A stretch of DNA of 54,309 nt, filler included, from Basidioascus undulatus (taxonomy: Eukaryota), in the NCBI GenBank assembly GCA_000826855.1. It is 3 parts of 3 records of this genome, joined end to end, with 100 filler letters (N's around TTAATTAATTAA, not from the genome) between each part and the next. Parts side by side here need not be neighbours in the genome. Positions count along the whole stretch, not along the records: positions 1 to 31,730 come from JTLS01000103.1; positions 31,831 to 43,021 come from JTLS01001031.1; 1 more part is not named here. One strand, written 5' to 3'. Within the stretch, counting starts at the first letter, position 1; every line of letters starts with the position of its first letter. The notes beneath the pieces were generated by a model, which saw only the letters and a list, made by a program, of their open reading frames with translations, made no database searches and was not told the origin of the DNA. Of the stretch, positions 25,601-37,969 are shown piece by piece. Position numbers and translations under genes: made by a program.

Positions 25601-27295
25601 CTGATTGGGAGTCCTGGTGAACGTTCCATAGGTGTTCTACACTTCGAAGGATGGCGTACGTCTGAGATAATGAATGCGATGTGAGGACGTGAGGGCTGAT
25701 AAGAAGTTCGGGAGACAGACTCGCATCCCGATGTTCATCACGCGCCACAAGGACACGCCGCGCGATGGGACGGCACCCGCGGTGCAGTACGGCTACGGAG
25801 GCTGTATGTCTGCATCATCCCACGGTATGCTTGGTGCTTCTTGACACGTTTTTACGCGCCTGCAGTCAGCATTCCCATCAAGTACGGTCATCTCAACCTG
25901 TTTATGCGTTGAGCGAAATCTGACGCTCGGATATTCCTTCACAGCCCCTTCTTCAGCCCCGGTCTCCTGGCGTTCATAAAGCACTATCGCGGCGTGCTGG
26001 CGGTGCCGAACATCCGCGGTGGTAGCGAGTATGGCGAGGACAAGGTGCGACGCCGTTACTGTGTGAGACCGACGTCCGCTGATCCTGTGGTGTTTCTGTA
26101 GTGGCACTTGCCCGGCACGAAGGAGCGCAAGGTAAACTGCCGAGGCGTTCAATCTGCGGGATCGCTTAGCTGATGACATGCCACAGCAAAATGTCTTTGA
26201 CGACTTCCTTGCTGCGACGTGAGATTTGGGCTCTTCTGGCGTGCTTGCGCATCCCGCTGATGATTTCTGTCAGGCAATACCTCGTCGACAACAAGGTGTC
26301 CGGCCGTGGCCGCGTCGTCCTCTCGGGCGGCAGCAACGGCGGTTCGTCCCCTTCTCTTGCATCTCAAGAACCAGGGAAACTGAGCACCTCTTTCGCATGT
26401 CGTCTAGGTCTTCTCGTGGCGGCTTGCGTCAACCAGGCCGAGGAGGGTCTGCTCGGCGCCGGCGTTGCGGAGGTCGGCGTGCTGGACATGCTGAAGTGCG
26501 TTCTTCGTCCGGTCTTGTACGCACCTCGTACTGACCGGCATGGAGATGAAGATTCCACAAGTTCACCATCGGCTACGCGTGGATCAGCGACTACGGCAGT
26601 GAGTTTACCGGTTTACCCGTCCGTGAGCGACCTGGCTAAGGACCTGTTCAGACCCGGACGAGCCTGAGGGCTTCGACTACATCTAGTGTGTTCTGCTTGT
26701 TCCCCCGTGACGTCTTTCTGAGCGTGGTGCTTACTCCTCGTTGTTTATTGAGCCCCTACTCCCCGCTTCACAACATCAACCCGAATAAGGTCTACCCGCC
26801 GACGCTGCTGTACGTTTCCGTCTCGTCGCGCCATACTCCCTTTCGCCATCTCACCTCGACTAATATGCTCTTGTGCAGCTTGACCGCCGACCACGACGAC
26901 CGTGTCAGCCCGCTGCACACGTTCAAGCACGCCGCAGCGCTGCAGCACACCCTGCCGAACAGTGAGCGACGGTGAAGCTTCTGCCTGTGAACGCAGTTGC
27001 TGACAGTCCATGCTATGGCAGATCCGCACCCGCTCCTCACCCGCATTGACACGAAGGCCGGACATGGTGAGCTTTTTGTGTAGACACAGGCCTACATGCA
27101 CTGGCTGATCAATGCGTGAACGACAGGTGCCGGCAAGTCCACGCAGCAAAGGTCAGTTCCATCTGCTCCCGGCTCTGTGGCTGTGATGGAGTGGGCAATG
27201 ACCTCTGACGTCTCGCTTTGGTTAACAGGATCCAAGAGGCTGCGGAGAAGTACATGTTCGTCGCGAGGGCGCTGAACCTGAAGTGGAGCGACTGA
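22672..27295 (+). CDS. Prolyl oligopeptidase (peptidase S9A), 36 exons
   Basis: Hand-spliced continuous frame containing VKDPYVWLE, GISKSGSDW, LYYHRIGTPQ, YGYGGF, NIRGGSEYGE and KQNVFDDF, plus the catalytic triad GGSNGG, ADHDDRV and KAGHGAGK. Stop TGA at 27293-27295. Confidence 0.95.
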
Positions 27296-27910
27296 GCGAA
27301 TGTAGACGCCCCAAAGAGACGGCGCTGAGGAGAATGCAATGCATATTAATAGTAGCTCAAAACAGTCTCGTACATGGGGCAACGTTGCATTGCTGCTGGT
27401 GTTACCGAGACATGGTATGGACCCCAGTTGTGGCTATCGAGACTGTTTCATGTGTTGTGGACGTTACGGCCGATGAACATAACATTTCAATAAGTACATC
27501 CCCTTCGGGTGCTGCTCGAAAACGTTACGAAGTAGTCACTTGCATATCACGCATAGTAGAGATCGGAGTTCAAGCAGCGCTCGAGTCAGCTTCCTTTTTT
27601 GTTGCACCTTGTCGTCATCACCGACGGTCGACGAGTTGTTGGGAATGACCCACTGTGTGTGTGTGTGTATTTTACGTAACTATTAAGCTGAGGTGCTGAG
27701 CCGACGTCAGAAGACGCATTCAACTATGCAGATCAGCATTCACGGCAATACACTCCCGGCTAATGATAGGCTTTTCCGGGAAAGTACATCGTTCAATGCA
27801 CGCTGTCGCGCTTAAAGAAACATCGATTAACGACCGACATCCACAGCAAACCCCGCCTCAACTACGAACGCGATTCCCTTCAAATTGAGTCTGGCCGCCA
27901 TCTGCAAGAC

Positions 27911-28761
27911 CTAGAGTGCCATGACTGCCTCGTGAGATTGCTTCTCCGACTGGCCTTGAAGGTGCCTTTGTATACCAAATGCGCCACGGTCTGTCCCGGT
28001 GCCGACACAGTTGCGAAGTAGCGCGGGCAAATGTCCCTTGTCGATCGAGACCAAGGAAGGCCGCAGTCTGTCGAAAAGAGTCAACAACAACTGCCGACAA
28101 GCAGTGTGATATAATCCAGTTTGGCCCTCGTCGAGACGGAAGAAGGTGACGATCTCGAGGCGTGTGAGATTGGGGCATACATCGTTAAGATCAACCCATG
28201 AAATGCAATCATCGCCGTTCTCCACGTGCAAGCGGACAAGGCCTTTGCCGAAAGCGGTGAGAACTCCCATAATGCTTGGGAGAGGTAAATTTGATCGGGT
28301 GCTGAGGAGGTCCAGCGAAAGCTCCTGCAACCTGGGAAGCGACGCCCGCTCGATAAAGGTAAATATCTTTGTTGACATGCCAGTGACAGAAGACGAGAAT
28401 CGCAGGTGGAATATGTGCAGAAGCGGGAGTCCGAAACGAGGACCACACTTGGCAACGGTGAGCTGCGGCCAGCAGACTCTTCGGTACAATTACGGCCTGG
28501 TCATGCTCATATTCAATTCAAAGCATCTTATGCCTGTGTCTCGCAGCCGTCGAGCGTGTCGAGACAGACCTTACACTCAGGCGCGGAAATGACGCCGAGG
28601 TGGTAAGAAGCTACCCTCGAGAGAGGTGACGGGTGGAGCGAGTAGGAATGCATCGACAGGCTGAGCAGGAGGTCCGAGATGGCCGCCACGGAGTGGGAAG
28701 TGGGCGTTGCCGGCGGAGAGGCGCGGGAAGGTTGGGGAGCAGCATTGGCGGGTGAAGGCAT
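27911..28761 (-). pseudogene. LRR/RNI-like hypothetical protein, probably degraded
   Basis: LRR-like SLPRLQELSLD and VCPNLTRLEI in ORF 27911-28489. An in-frame stop lies just upstream and no clean 5' model could be built. Confidence 0.35.
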
Positions 28762-29235
28762 CTGCTCAGCTGGTGCGGGAGGTCGGGGGCGAGTGGAGAT
28801 CGAGATCCTGTCTGGGAGTCCCTACTGACGAGGGACGCGTGCGAGACTGTGCAGGAGCAAGAGTAGGGCGCCTGGCAGGAGCGGGTTCCATCTGCGTAAC
28901 TACTTAAGCTTCAGCAGGTGCGATGATTCGGTTCCGTAATCATACAGGTTTTTCGGATGGTAGCGTAACAAGAGTCCAGAGGTTGACCATGGAGACAACT
29001 GAGTCCTTGAACTCTGTAACAGAACCAGGACAGCGCTTTGCAGACGGTTTCAAGGAGTCGTGTTGGCGAATTGGCGAACCTGTTTTACAGCTCCAAACTT
29101 GGCCTTATCCAGGATTATTTTATGAAGAGTGAAGAAAGCAGCAAAAGCAAGGCCGGGCAAGCAAGGCTCATCGAAGATGGGGCGCAGCCGATGGTCCTCA
29201 TCACGCTGATCTCTTCTCCAACCAAAAGATTTACC

Positions 29236-29309
29236 CTCTTCAGGTGAGACTTGAACTCACAACCTCCCGATTAACAGTCGGACGCGCTAACCAATTGCGC
29301 CACCGAAGA
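29236..29309 (-). tRNA. tRNA-Asn (anticodon GTT), intronless
   Basis: TCTTCGG-TG-GCGC-AATTGGTTA-GCGC-G-TCCGA-CTGTTAA-TCGGG-AGGTT-GTGAG-TTCAAGT-CTCAC-CTGAAGA-G folds into a full cloverleaf. A TTTT Pol III terminator follows a few nt downstream. Confidence 0.95.
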
Positions 29310-31439
29310 CGTTGCCGGTGGGGCGGAGTGTTAGGAAGCTCAGTGGCATCGTTGCGAGTCTGCAGGACCGAGTTGGCATACCCCTTTCTCCCAGCACAAA
29401 GCGCCTGCATCGGCACAGCACTGATGTGACTGCGGACAAAAGCGTGACTAAAGCTATTATATTCAGTAGGAGAGCGGTTCAAAGGACAATATCGACCTGC
29501 GTCGTCCCACAGAGTCGGAGGTCGAGTGCAGCCCCGTCATCCCATGTCGTCTTGACGCACTCGCAGCTGCCAGGAATCACCAAGCATATGGTTTCTAGTA
29601 CTATTTGATTTACTCTACTTTCCCTTACTCTCCCCGAGGCGTCGAGGCTTGCAACGAGAACACAGTGCTAGGGTCGCCAACTGCACTCGAAGTATGCATT
29701 CTCTCTTAAACCGCCTCAGTTGCAAAGTTATACTCCCTTGATTCATTCAACTTTCCAGAACCACAGCCGCCCGCCAGTATAGTCCGTCATGTGCCCTTGC
29801 CACTCCGAAGACGCCCACGGTCCAACTTGGCCCGGCCCTCCAGCGTTCCCAAGTAACCAGCATCACTTCTTCCCGACCCCTCCCCTCCGGAGCCACTCTT
29901 GCCACTCCCGCCCTGCCACCGCCGCCCGAGCGCGCGGCGGCCCTGTCGGCTGCGTCGAACGCCGCCTCGAGCTCGCGCTTGCTCTCGGCCCAGTCTGAGT
30001 CTCAGGGCTTGTGCCCGTAGGAGAGCATTTCGTTGTAGGAGAGCTTGTAGCCCATGTTTGTTTTTCTGGGGTGTGTATGTGGGAGGGCCCGGGTAAGATG
30101 GGGTTCATGGGGAGAAAGGGGAAGGGGAAGGGAGGTGAGCGGGGTGATCTGTAGCCCCTTTTGGGCGATAGTGATCTCTCGGCTCCCGAGGACCATTCTA
30201 TGCCTCCCCTGGTAAGCAGCCCTTTTCAACTTAGTCATATTGCTATTGTGTATGGCAATATTCCACAAGTCCATGAAGGTCATCGGAAAGAGGAGATCCG
30301 ATGACATGAGTAGCAGGGGTGCAGCGCCGCCCTGGTCAGAGGCGAAAGTACTAACTGCAATAGCATTGGAGGATCGGAAGCAGGACAGACTTGAAGACAA
30401 GTAGAATGGATTAGATTCCACAATTAGGATGGGGTAATGTTGCACCCCTCTGGGTTATCTCAGTACGTGCAGGCTGTACTTATCCCTAAGCTCCCCAGCC
30501 AGCGAGATGTCGGTTGGGGTTCAGTTTCAGAAAACAATTTCATTTTCAAGGACAACGAGGACCCCACTAGGATCTATCAATGGTCGAAAGAATAGGTAAG
30601 ACAGTGCAGCCAGTGACACTGCCCGGGACACAGCGGCTTGAGTGGTTCTCGTAAAGGCAGCTTAATATGATCCTTTGCCAAAATGACGATAATAGTACAC
30701 AATGCTGACCGCTCATAAATTTTTGCCCCAGATGGCTTCATTCGAGGACAGTTCGGCCGCCGGTAGCCCGTTCACTTTCTCCATTTCCGGCAGTATCTCG
30801 GCCTAAGCAATAGCGCCCACAATCCCTAATGCACGTAAAAAACATTTGACCAGAACAAAATAGTGCCGGTTCAAATGCACCTTCTTAACGCACGCACTCT
30901 TCTCAAGAGGTTCGGCATGGCCGATTCAAACATCGGCTGACGCGACCACGTCTTAACGCGCACATGCCACTCCCCACGTCTTTCGAGCCATCGAAGGGCC
31001 TGAACCGATCCGGTACGATGCAAATGTATTAATGAATCCTGTAGTTGGGTAGACAGCGCAAGTGTGTGCGCGTATGGTGTGGGCGTGCGTATGTGTTTAG
31101 GCAATGGCAGCGGCCAGCGGACATAGGTAATATAACTCGATTATTCGGAGTATGCAACGAGCGGTAGTGACAAGTATGAACGCGCTAAAATTGTGTGTGT
31201 GCGTGCAGATGTGTGCGTGCGTGTGAGGGAGGAAAGGATTGGGCGACGCCTGCCCATGAACCGAAAGAAGGCTACGCGAGTAAAGTCGGAGCAAACCGCC
31301 CAAAAAGCAAGGTACCCGAGTGTCACGAAAGAACAACAACGTCGAGATAAAGCCACGGCGCAAATGACAATGAACAGAATGTGCAGCGAAAGTGGATGGA
31401 GAAAGCGAAAGTGAGATTTCCACCAAGCAGAACCGCGCT

Positions 31440-31730
31440 CTACGTGCCCGGCCTGGGCGGCGACGCGAAGTATTCCGCCCTCTCCGTCTCCACGCCCCTG
31501 GCCCCAATGTCCGGCCGCGGCGTGCCCACGTGCTCGACGGGCGCCAGCGGTTCGGGGCTGGGGAGGGCGAAGCGCGCGTGCTCGGCCTGCAGCGCTGCGG
31601 CCTTGCTCAGCGCCGCGACGCGCGGGAGCGTCACCGCCGTTGGAGGCAGCAAGGGGCGGTGGATGGCGGTCTTCTTGTTTTGGTTGATCAGCCTGCCCCT
31701 GATTGCGATTAAGCCGGAACGGGATCTCGG
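31440..31730 (-). CDS. 3' end of an unidentified gene, truncated by the contig spacer
   Basis: Open GC3-rich frame RSRSGLIAIRGRLINQNKKTAIHRPLLPP...EYFASPPRPGT* running into the N gap. Confidence 0.45.
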   Translation of the reverse strand, partial: PRSRSGLIAIRGRLINQNKKTAIHRPLLPPTAVTLPRVAALSKAAALQAEHARFALPSPEPLAPVEHVGTPRPDIGARGVETERAEYFASPPRPGT

Positions 31731-31830
31731 NNNNNNNNNNNNNNNNNNNNNNNNNNNNNNNNNNNNNNNNNNNNTTAATTAATTAANNNNNNNNNNNNNN
31801 NNNNNNNNNNNNNNNNNNNNNNNNNNNNNN
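31731..31830. other. Artificial contig spacer N44-TTAATTAATTAA-N44
   Basis: The 12-mer at 31775-31786 has stops in all six frames; the gap is exactly 100 nt. Confidence 0.97.
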
Positions 31831-31832
31831 CT

Positions 31833-32183
31833 CACGCCTCTCCTGGTCCGCACCTACCCGCACCTCCTCTCCCCCTCCTCCGAAGCGTCTCCTCCTTCTC
31901 CCGCCCCGGCCCCCCTCCGCTCCCGCCCACCGAGCAGCGCGAGTTCGAAGCGCTCCAAAAAGCGGCCGAAACTGTCGGCACTTCAGAAGCCCTCAAACGC
32001 GACGCCGCGGAGCGGGAGAAGGAGCTCCAGCTGCACCCGAACACCAGGCGGGACGAGCTGAGGGAGGAGTTTGAGGGGGACGTGAACCCCCAGACCGGAG
32101 AGGTCGGCGGGCCCAAGAGGGAGCCGCTGAGGTGGGGCGCGGGGGGCGAGTGGGGCTTTGCGGGGAGGGCGACGGACTTGTAA
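31833..32183 (+). CDS. SDH8: Succinate dehydrogenase assembly factor 4 (SDHAF4/Sdh8, DUF1674), 5' partial
   Basis: RPGPPPLPPTEQREFEAL...EFEGDVNPQTGEVGGPKREPLRWG...EWGFAGRATDL*. Confidence 0.9.
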   Translation, partial: HASPGPHLPAPPLPLLRSVSSFSRPGPPPLPPTEQREFEALQKAAETVGTSEALKRDAAEREKELQLHPNTRRDELREEFEGDVNPQTGEVGGPKREPLRWGAGGEWGFAGRATDL

Positions 32184-33527
32184 GTGAAGATGAGGTTAAG
32201 TGGGAAGGAGGAGGAGAGGGGAAGCTGATCAGGAGGATGGGGCGGGGCAGCTGAGCGCGTTGGGTGGGTTTGAGCATTGAGGATGTGTTGATGGGTTGAT
32301 TGAGGTCTTCGAGGGTATTCACGTGGATAATAGACACGCCTTGATGGGTCCACGATTTTGAGGACGCGGTGGCAATGGCGATTCGCTTGGCAATGGCCAG
32401 GCCTCTCACGTTCGCATACGCACACTTTTCTCGATCGAACGCGGTCAAGCAGCTCTTAATGTCCATAAATATCTTTCGATCTCGACTCGATGCATGGGAG
32501 GCGGAGGGCACTGACTCGTGTGGGGAAGGTCGAGTGACTGGATTGGATTGAGCAGCCAGGCCAGTACCTCGCGGCGTGAATGCTTCAAGTAGGGGGTCGA
32601 TGAGACGCCGAATCGTGGGTATCGCCAGCGTTGCTCGACAGGTTTTCTTCTCCGTACCGCGGCGGAGCTTCCTTCCTGCTGTCTTCCTCCTTCGGTAGGC
32701 TGCATGGACCTGAACTGCCATCGACCTGATACGATCCTATTTGCTGCTCGCTGGATCCCTTCTCACCTCGATGGACGCGTTGGACATAATCTTCTAGGAC
32801 CGTACGTCCACGCACCTGCGCTCAATCAGCCTGACCTGTTCCTCATCCATCAAGTCTTCCTGCCGCTACCATTTGGCGGTTTGACGCGTTAAAAATGATT
32901 TCGTCGAGTCAACTCCCTCGTGTCCATGAGTATCGTCTGGATCAGGTATCGTGTGCAGCGCATGGATACCAAAGGGTAGCCGCTTTTGCGGGCACTCACG
33001 TAGTCCTTGAACACCGCTCGAGTCAGAGCCCGAAAATTTATACTAAACGATAAGAAAGCTACTGTATACACATTCAGTGCGGTTGATTATCGGCCGGCCT
33101 AACTGCACATCTCAAAATCCTTGGTACCGCTGCAGAGTCTTCGGGAGGGCGGTGTCTGGACTGCCTAAAGAACTGAGATGACTCTGACTCCATGAATGGC
33201 CTCTTTCAATATGTTGTTCTGCAATTACAGGAAGCTCCACAAAACCCGTCCTGCAGAAGCTACCCCGCAAACCGCCTTCCGCTAGCTTCCCAGAAACGCT
33301 GGTACCTTGCCATCCTCTACTCTCGCTCGTATGTGCTTGCCGAAGTAACATTACATGTTGCCATTTTCAGAGTTCTTTCTGCGGGGACGACCAACTCCTC
33401 GGGCTCCGGCCTGATCCGTTGAAAGGTACTTATTCTGCGGGGGGACACTGCGGTTCGACCACCAACCTGTCTTCTCTCGTGCCCTATTGCACAACCTCCC
33501 CATGACAACCAACTTCTACTTTCGAAC

Positions 33528-36319
33528 ATGGCATTCACGTCGACCGGATCCTCCAGCGATCCTCCTCTGGAGAGCCTTGGTGCGAAGGCCGAACCGTTGA
33601 CGAATTCTTCCTCGCTCTCCGCACACGCGTCGACCGTGGAAGACCAAGCGGTGTCTGATAAGGCACTCGTCCGCAAGCTGGACCGCCACCTTGTACCTGT
33701 TCTTTCCGCTCTGTATCTCCGTGAGGCATCATGGCCCTTTCGCCCGGTTGACACGATCGACCTACTTCCTGACAGCGATGTCCCACAAACAGTGTCCTTC
33801 TTGTGTCGGTGGGTGATGGTGAGCCCTTCCGGAAAATTCCAGGGCTCACGCTCGTTTTCCAGATCCAACATCGGGAATTCCAATATCTTCGGTCTCTCGA
33901 AGACGCTGCATCTGGAGGGCAAGCAATACTAAGTCTTCCGATGCGCCCTTAATACCACTGGGCAGCGCACCCGCTGACATGTGAGCTTCCCGCCTTTTAG
34001 CCCCATGCATTATCTATATTCCATTGTACACGCTATGCTCCTCCACGTGTGAACCCAAGTGCGACCGTGATGCTGAAATGACCCCCCAGACTCTTATGTA
34101 CTGGCGCAAAGTCCCCAGCAACAGCGTCTTGAAGAGGTGAAGACCCAGCATGTGGTTACCGCTGATGACCGTCGTGAATACTTAATCCACGATACTGTTA
34201 AGGGCGGGTACTCAGGGCCGGAGTTTTGTTGTTTGGAAGGCCTGGGGAACGTGGCAAGTTTCGTTTTCCGCGGTTCAGATCTGTTCTTTGGGTCTGACAA
34301 AAGGTTGGACAGCATGACTTTAATGTGCTTCGTGGAGAACTTCGGCGGCCTCATTGGCTCCCGAATCGTTCTCGGTGCACTGGAAGGCGGACTGTTTCCT
34401 GGTGAGTATTTCTCCTGACTGACACATCTGCGACCGTTCACCTATATCCTTCGGTAACAGTTGACGATCACCTTATGGTACCCAAAATCGGGGTGCGGTT
34501 TCCGCTCCGCTCTGTTCTTTTCGGCAGCGACGTGAGTGACAGTGGTCCGCTTGAAGCCATCCGGAGCCCACTGACGGTCGTCTTTCCAGAGTGGCCGGAG
34601 CATTCTCCGGTCTTCTTACTTGACTATTCAACCTCATGGGTACGTAAACCTCGGGTGGCGCTTGCCATCAGCAGCTTAACACGGGACGGACTGCCAGATG
34701 ATCGGTGGCCTTGAGGGGTGGAAATGTGCGTGCAACCCCCCGTCGTCCGCAGAGCGGTAGCAGGCTGACGGCGTTGATCGTTTGATCACCTACGGACGAG
34801 TAGGGATGTACGTACTGAACTTTTCCCCGTACTCTCAGACCCAACGGATTTGCTGACAGTTTGCATAAGCTGGATCCTCGAAGGCATCATCACTGTCGTC
34901 TTCGGCTGCTGCGCCTTCTTCTTGATGGGTGACTATCCCGCAACGGCCAAATGTTCGTCGTTTCCTTTTCAACACATACTTGTTTCAAGTAGCTGATCAC
35001 AAAGGCACTCTTCGATACAGTGCTGACACCTGCAGAGAAGGAGCGCGTTCAAGAGGCTGAAGTTCGACAATGAGAGCTCGTCGTCCGAGTGGAAGAGCAA
35101 GTCTGTGTGGTAAGTATTCGACTCTGTTTGATGAGCTCCTACGAGTAGCTGATTTACATGTGTTTCGACAGGCAAGCAGTGAAAGACGCCAAGATCTGGC
35201 TGCAAGCACGTACGCCTTGCAGCAACCGTCGGGACTGCACAGACGTTGATCCTTGGTCACTATCAATACTGTTCTTCTCAATGTTGACGCCCGTATATGC
35301 GTTCTCGCTGTTCATGCCGACCATCATCTCGAACATGTGAGACCTCTCACCCGCAGCACCGATGAACTACTCAACACGCTGCCTGTTTCTAGGGGTTACC
35401 AAGCCGCCATCGCCACTAGTTAATCATCCCTCTTACATGGTGGGCTGCATCGTGCGTCTGAACGGATACTCGACAGACGGGCTACCCTGACGAGGGCTGG
35501 ATGGAACAGGTCTACGTTCTCGGAGGCTGGTGGTCCGACAGAACGCCCCAGCGCTTCGAGCCTATCATGGCTTGGAACTGCCTCGTGGCGGTCGGGTTCA
35601 TTATGCTGCTTAGCAGTGGAAAGAGGTTCGTACCCTCCTTCTAACTATACTACTCAACATCCTTCGTAACCCATCTATACAGTGCAATACACAGGCACAT
35701 CCAAAGACGAACTTACCATGGCACTGCGACTTTCAAACTAATCGATCTTCCGAATCTTCTGCAGGATGCTTCCCGGCAGCCTCTGGAGTTAAGGCGAACG
35801 TGCCTTTGTCGACGATGTGGGCGGGGTGAGCTTGCTCTGGTCGCCCTCAATGGGGTCGAGGTCGGCTGAAGACATCTTGTCATTCAACAGCAACTGCATG
35901 GGTGGCGCAACGAAACGCTCGATGTTTAGGTAAGCTCTGTTTAGCCGTATCTTCCTCCCCTCCTAGCCAAAATCTCGACACGATCCTGATACTCTCCCCT
36001 CATGAAGCCGGCCTCGGCAGTGCAGTCTGCTCGTACCTCTTTCCAGCTGCCGACGGACCGCGCTATTACAAGGTGGGTTTTTACCCACCTTGCTGTTCGG
36101 TAGAACACATGTCCACGAAGGGTACCTGAGCCACGGCACTCTCCTCGCACTGGTGATGCTCGCCTCCGCCTGCGCATCGGTTCTGCGTATCTGGATGGGG
36201 CGGATCAACAAGGCTAGAGACGCTGCAGATGCAGCGGCCTGCCGCGCGTGGGACGAGAAGAGCATGGCGGAGTTCAAGGAGAATGGGACGATGCGCCGTT
36301 CTTTAGGTACACGCTCTGA
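33528..36319 (+). pseudogene. Dal5/Tna1-type (anion:cation symporter) MFS transporter pseudogene
   Basis: Motifs LVRKLDRHLVP, NIGN, VPSN, RIVLGALEGGLFPG, GAFSGLL, GGLEGWK, WILEGIIT and terminal GDDAPFFRYTL*. In-frame TGA at 34621-34623 and frameshifts near 34700, 35050 and 36285. Confidence 0.85.
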
Positions 36320-36901
36320 GGATGCTGTAATAAAGTATTTCGAGTGGGTTCTGGAGATGCAGTAGCATAAATGATCACTCTAATGGTTTGGTTGATCCTA
36401 CTTGTATGGACGGACCACAGGAGTGATTTGAAAGACGGTCATTTTCAACGCATGAAGGGCAGGACACTGAACAGATCTTACTTTCAATCATGCTGCATTT
36501 ATCGCGGCACAAGTTTTACCCAGACTACGTTTTTATCAAGTATTTTGCTTTTATGAAAGCAGCTCGCCGGGGGGCTAACCAGGTGTGCTGCATACCACTA
36601 TAGCGTTGTCGAGGTCCTTTCACGCTCACATTGCAGCCCCACTGCCGCCTGATCGTGGTCACAAACCTCTTCGGCAGTATTTGTCGTACTCAATACAATA
36701 ATCTCAACTTTCAGGTGGCACCTGAGTGCGCATGTTTGGCAACGCACCCCGCACAGTCAGACACTGCGCCGAAGTTCGCGCACAATCTACGTCATTCGCA
36801 TCCATCTGGGTCTTCCTCAACTCGAGGTTCCTTCTCTCCTTCGATCTTCTCCCATAAACCTCTAGCGTTTCCAGCCCGCGGTCTTGCTCCAGTCATCGAC
36901 C

Positions 36902-37969
36902 ATGGCCGCTCCAGCCCCGATGTTTGGCTGCATAGTCGCCGGCCGGCTCGTGTGAGCAGCTCGTCTTCTTGTTTCCCTATCCTCCACGCTCATCCGAGCC
37001 CGTTGCGGCCCAGGCCAGTCAGACCAATTGCCAGCAGGTAGACGAGACGCACTTTGTGTTCGAGCTCGAGCGGCCTGAGGAGATCAACCATATCGTTGTG
37101 TTCTTGACGGGCGCGGGTGAGCTTTGTAGGGTGGGGGGCGGAGGAGGAGAGGGTCGCTGATCAGGGGGTCGGGACGGTGGTGCGGCAGTCGCTTTCCCGG
37201 AAGGGGTGACTCAACCTGATGCTGAAGGATTCAGTGGAGCATGGGGAGCTGAAGATGGGCCGGGTTTGTTGCAGTACGCGTCTACAGTCCACTTCCTCTG
37301 GCCAGGGTCCGAAAAGGGTTGGCAGCTCCTCGGCAAGTACGTCTTCTTTCCCCATTTCTGCCCCCTCTCGCTGCTCTCCACACTCCTTCTTATTACTTCC
37401 CGTCAACCCATAGACTCTCCAACGACAAGCCCTCCTCGATCTTCCGTCTCCGCGGCTCAATCACGCCCTCGAGCCTCTCCACCCGATCCTCCTCCACGCT
37501 CACCTCCATCGCGAACGCAACGCCCCAATCCGCGGCGACTCTCGGCATCTCGATCGAGCCTGTCCAGCTCGTCGAGCAGCAGGTCGCTTTGATGGCGCCG
37601 CAGACGTCCGCGGTGGACGTGACCAAGAAGGGGCTCGACGACCCCACCGTGCTCGCGAGCAAGATTCTAAAGAATCTGTTCCAGTATATTTCGGGGTGAG
37701 TTTCGAAGGAATGGTGTAAGGGAAGGGATGGATGGGGTTGTTGATCCGAGATGGGGGGGCGCAGCTTCGCACAGGGAAATGTGGGACCGCAGACGGCCGT
37801 GCCGCTCGGGGTGATCCAGCAGTGGTATAACAAGTTCACGGCGAAGATCCAAAACGGTACGACCTCTCATTCGCTTTCGCTTTCGCTCCGCGCTGTCCTG
37901 CGACCCGATCGCTGACTGCCGTGCGGGGTTCATCCAGCGGGGATTGCGTTCTTGGAAAACGAGGATTGA
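36902..37969 (+). CDS. OPI10: Opi10/Hikeshi family protein (DUF775), multi-exon
   Basis: MFGCIVAGR, INHIVVFLTG, FPEG|YASTVHF, WQLLG, LSNDKPSSIFRL, LGISIEP, KILKNLFQYISG and VPLGVIQQWYNKF. Confidence 0.9.

Noticed and set aside
22672..27295. POP as an amatoxin-type macrocyclase (PopB)
   Set aside because: No MSDIN-like precursor was seen and nothing distinguishes it from a housekeeping POP without a phylogeny.
29750..30445. Minus-strand frame MGYKLSYNEMLSYGHKP*DSDWAESKRELEAAF... with an internal TGA
   Set aside because: No recognisable homology; a relic or chance ORF.
31060..31225. Alternating GT/GC tracts (also a short TG run at ~27654)
   Set aside because: Ordinary low-complexity microsatellite-like DNA.
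32300..33100. 242-aa minus-strand ORF and adjacent fragments, possibly transposon-derived
   Set aside because: Part is antisense to SDHAF4 and its 3'UTR; no transposase motif was identified.
34621..34623. In-frame TGA as recoding (selenocysteine, readthrough or editing)
   Set aside because: The same gene has several frameshifts, and TGA is the normal stop in intact neighbouring genes.
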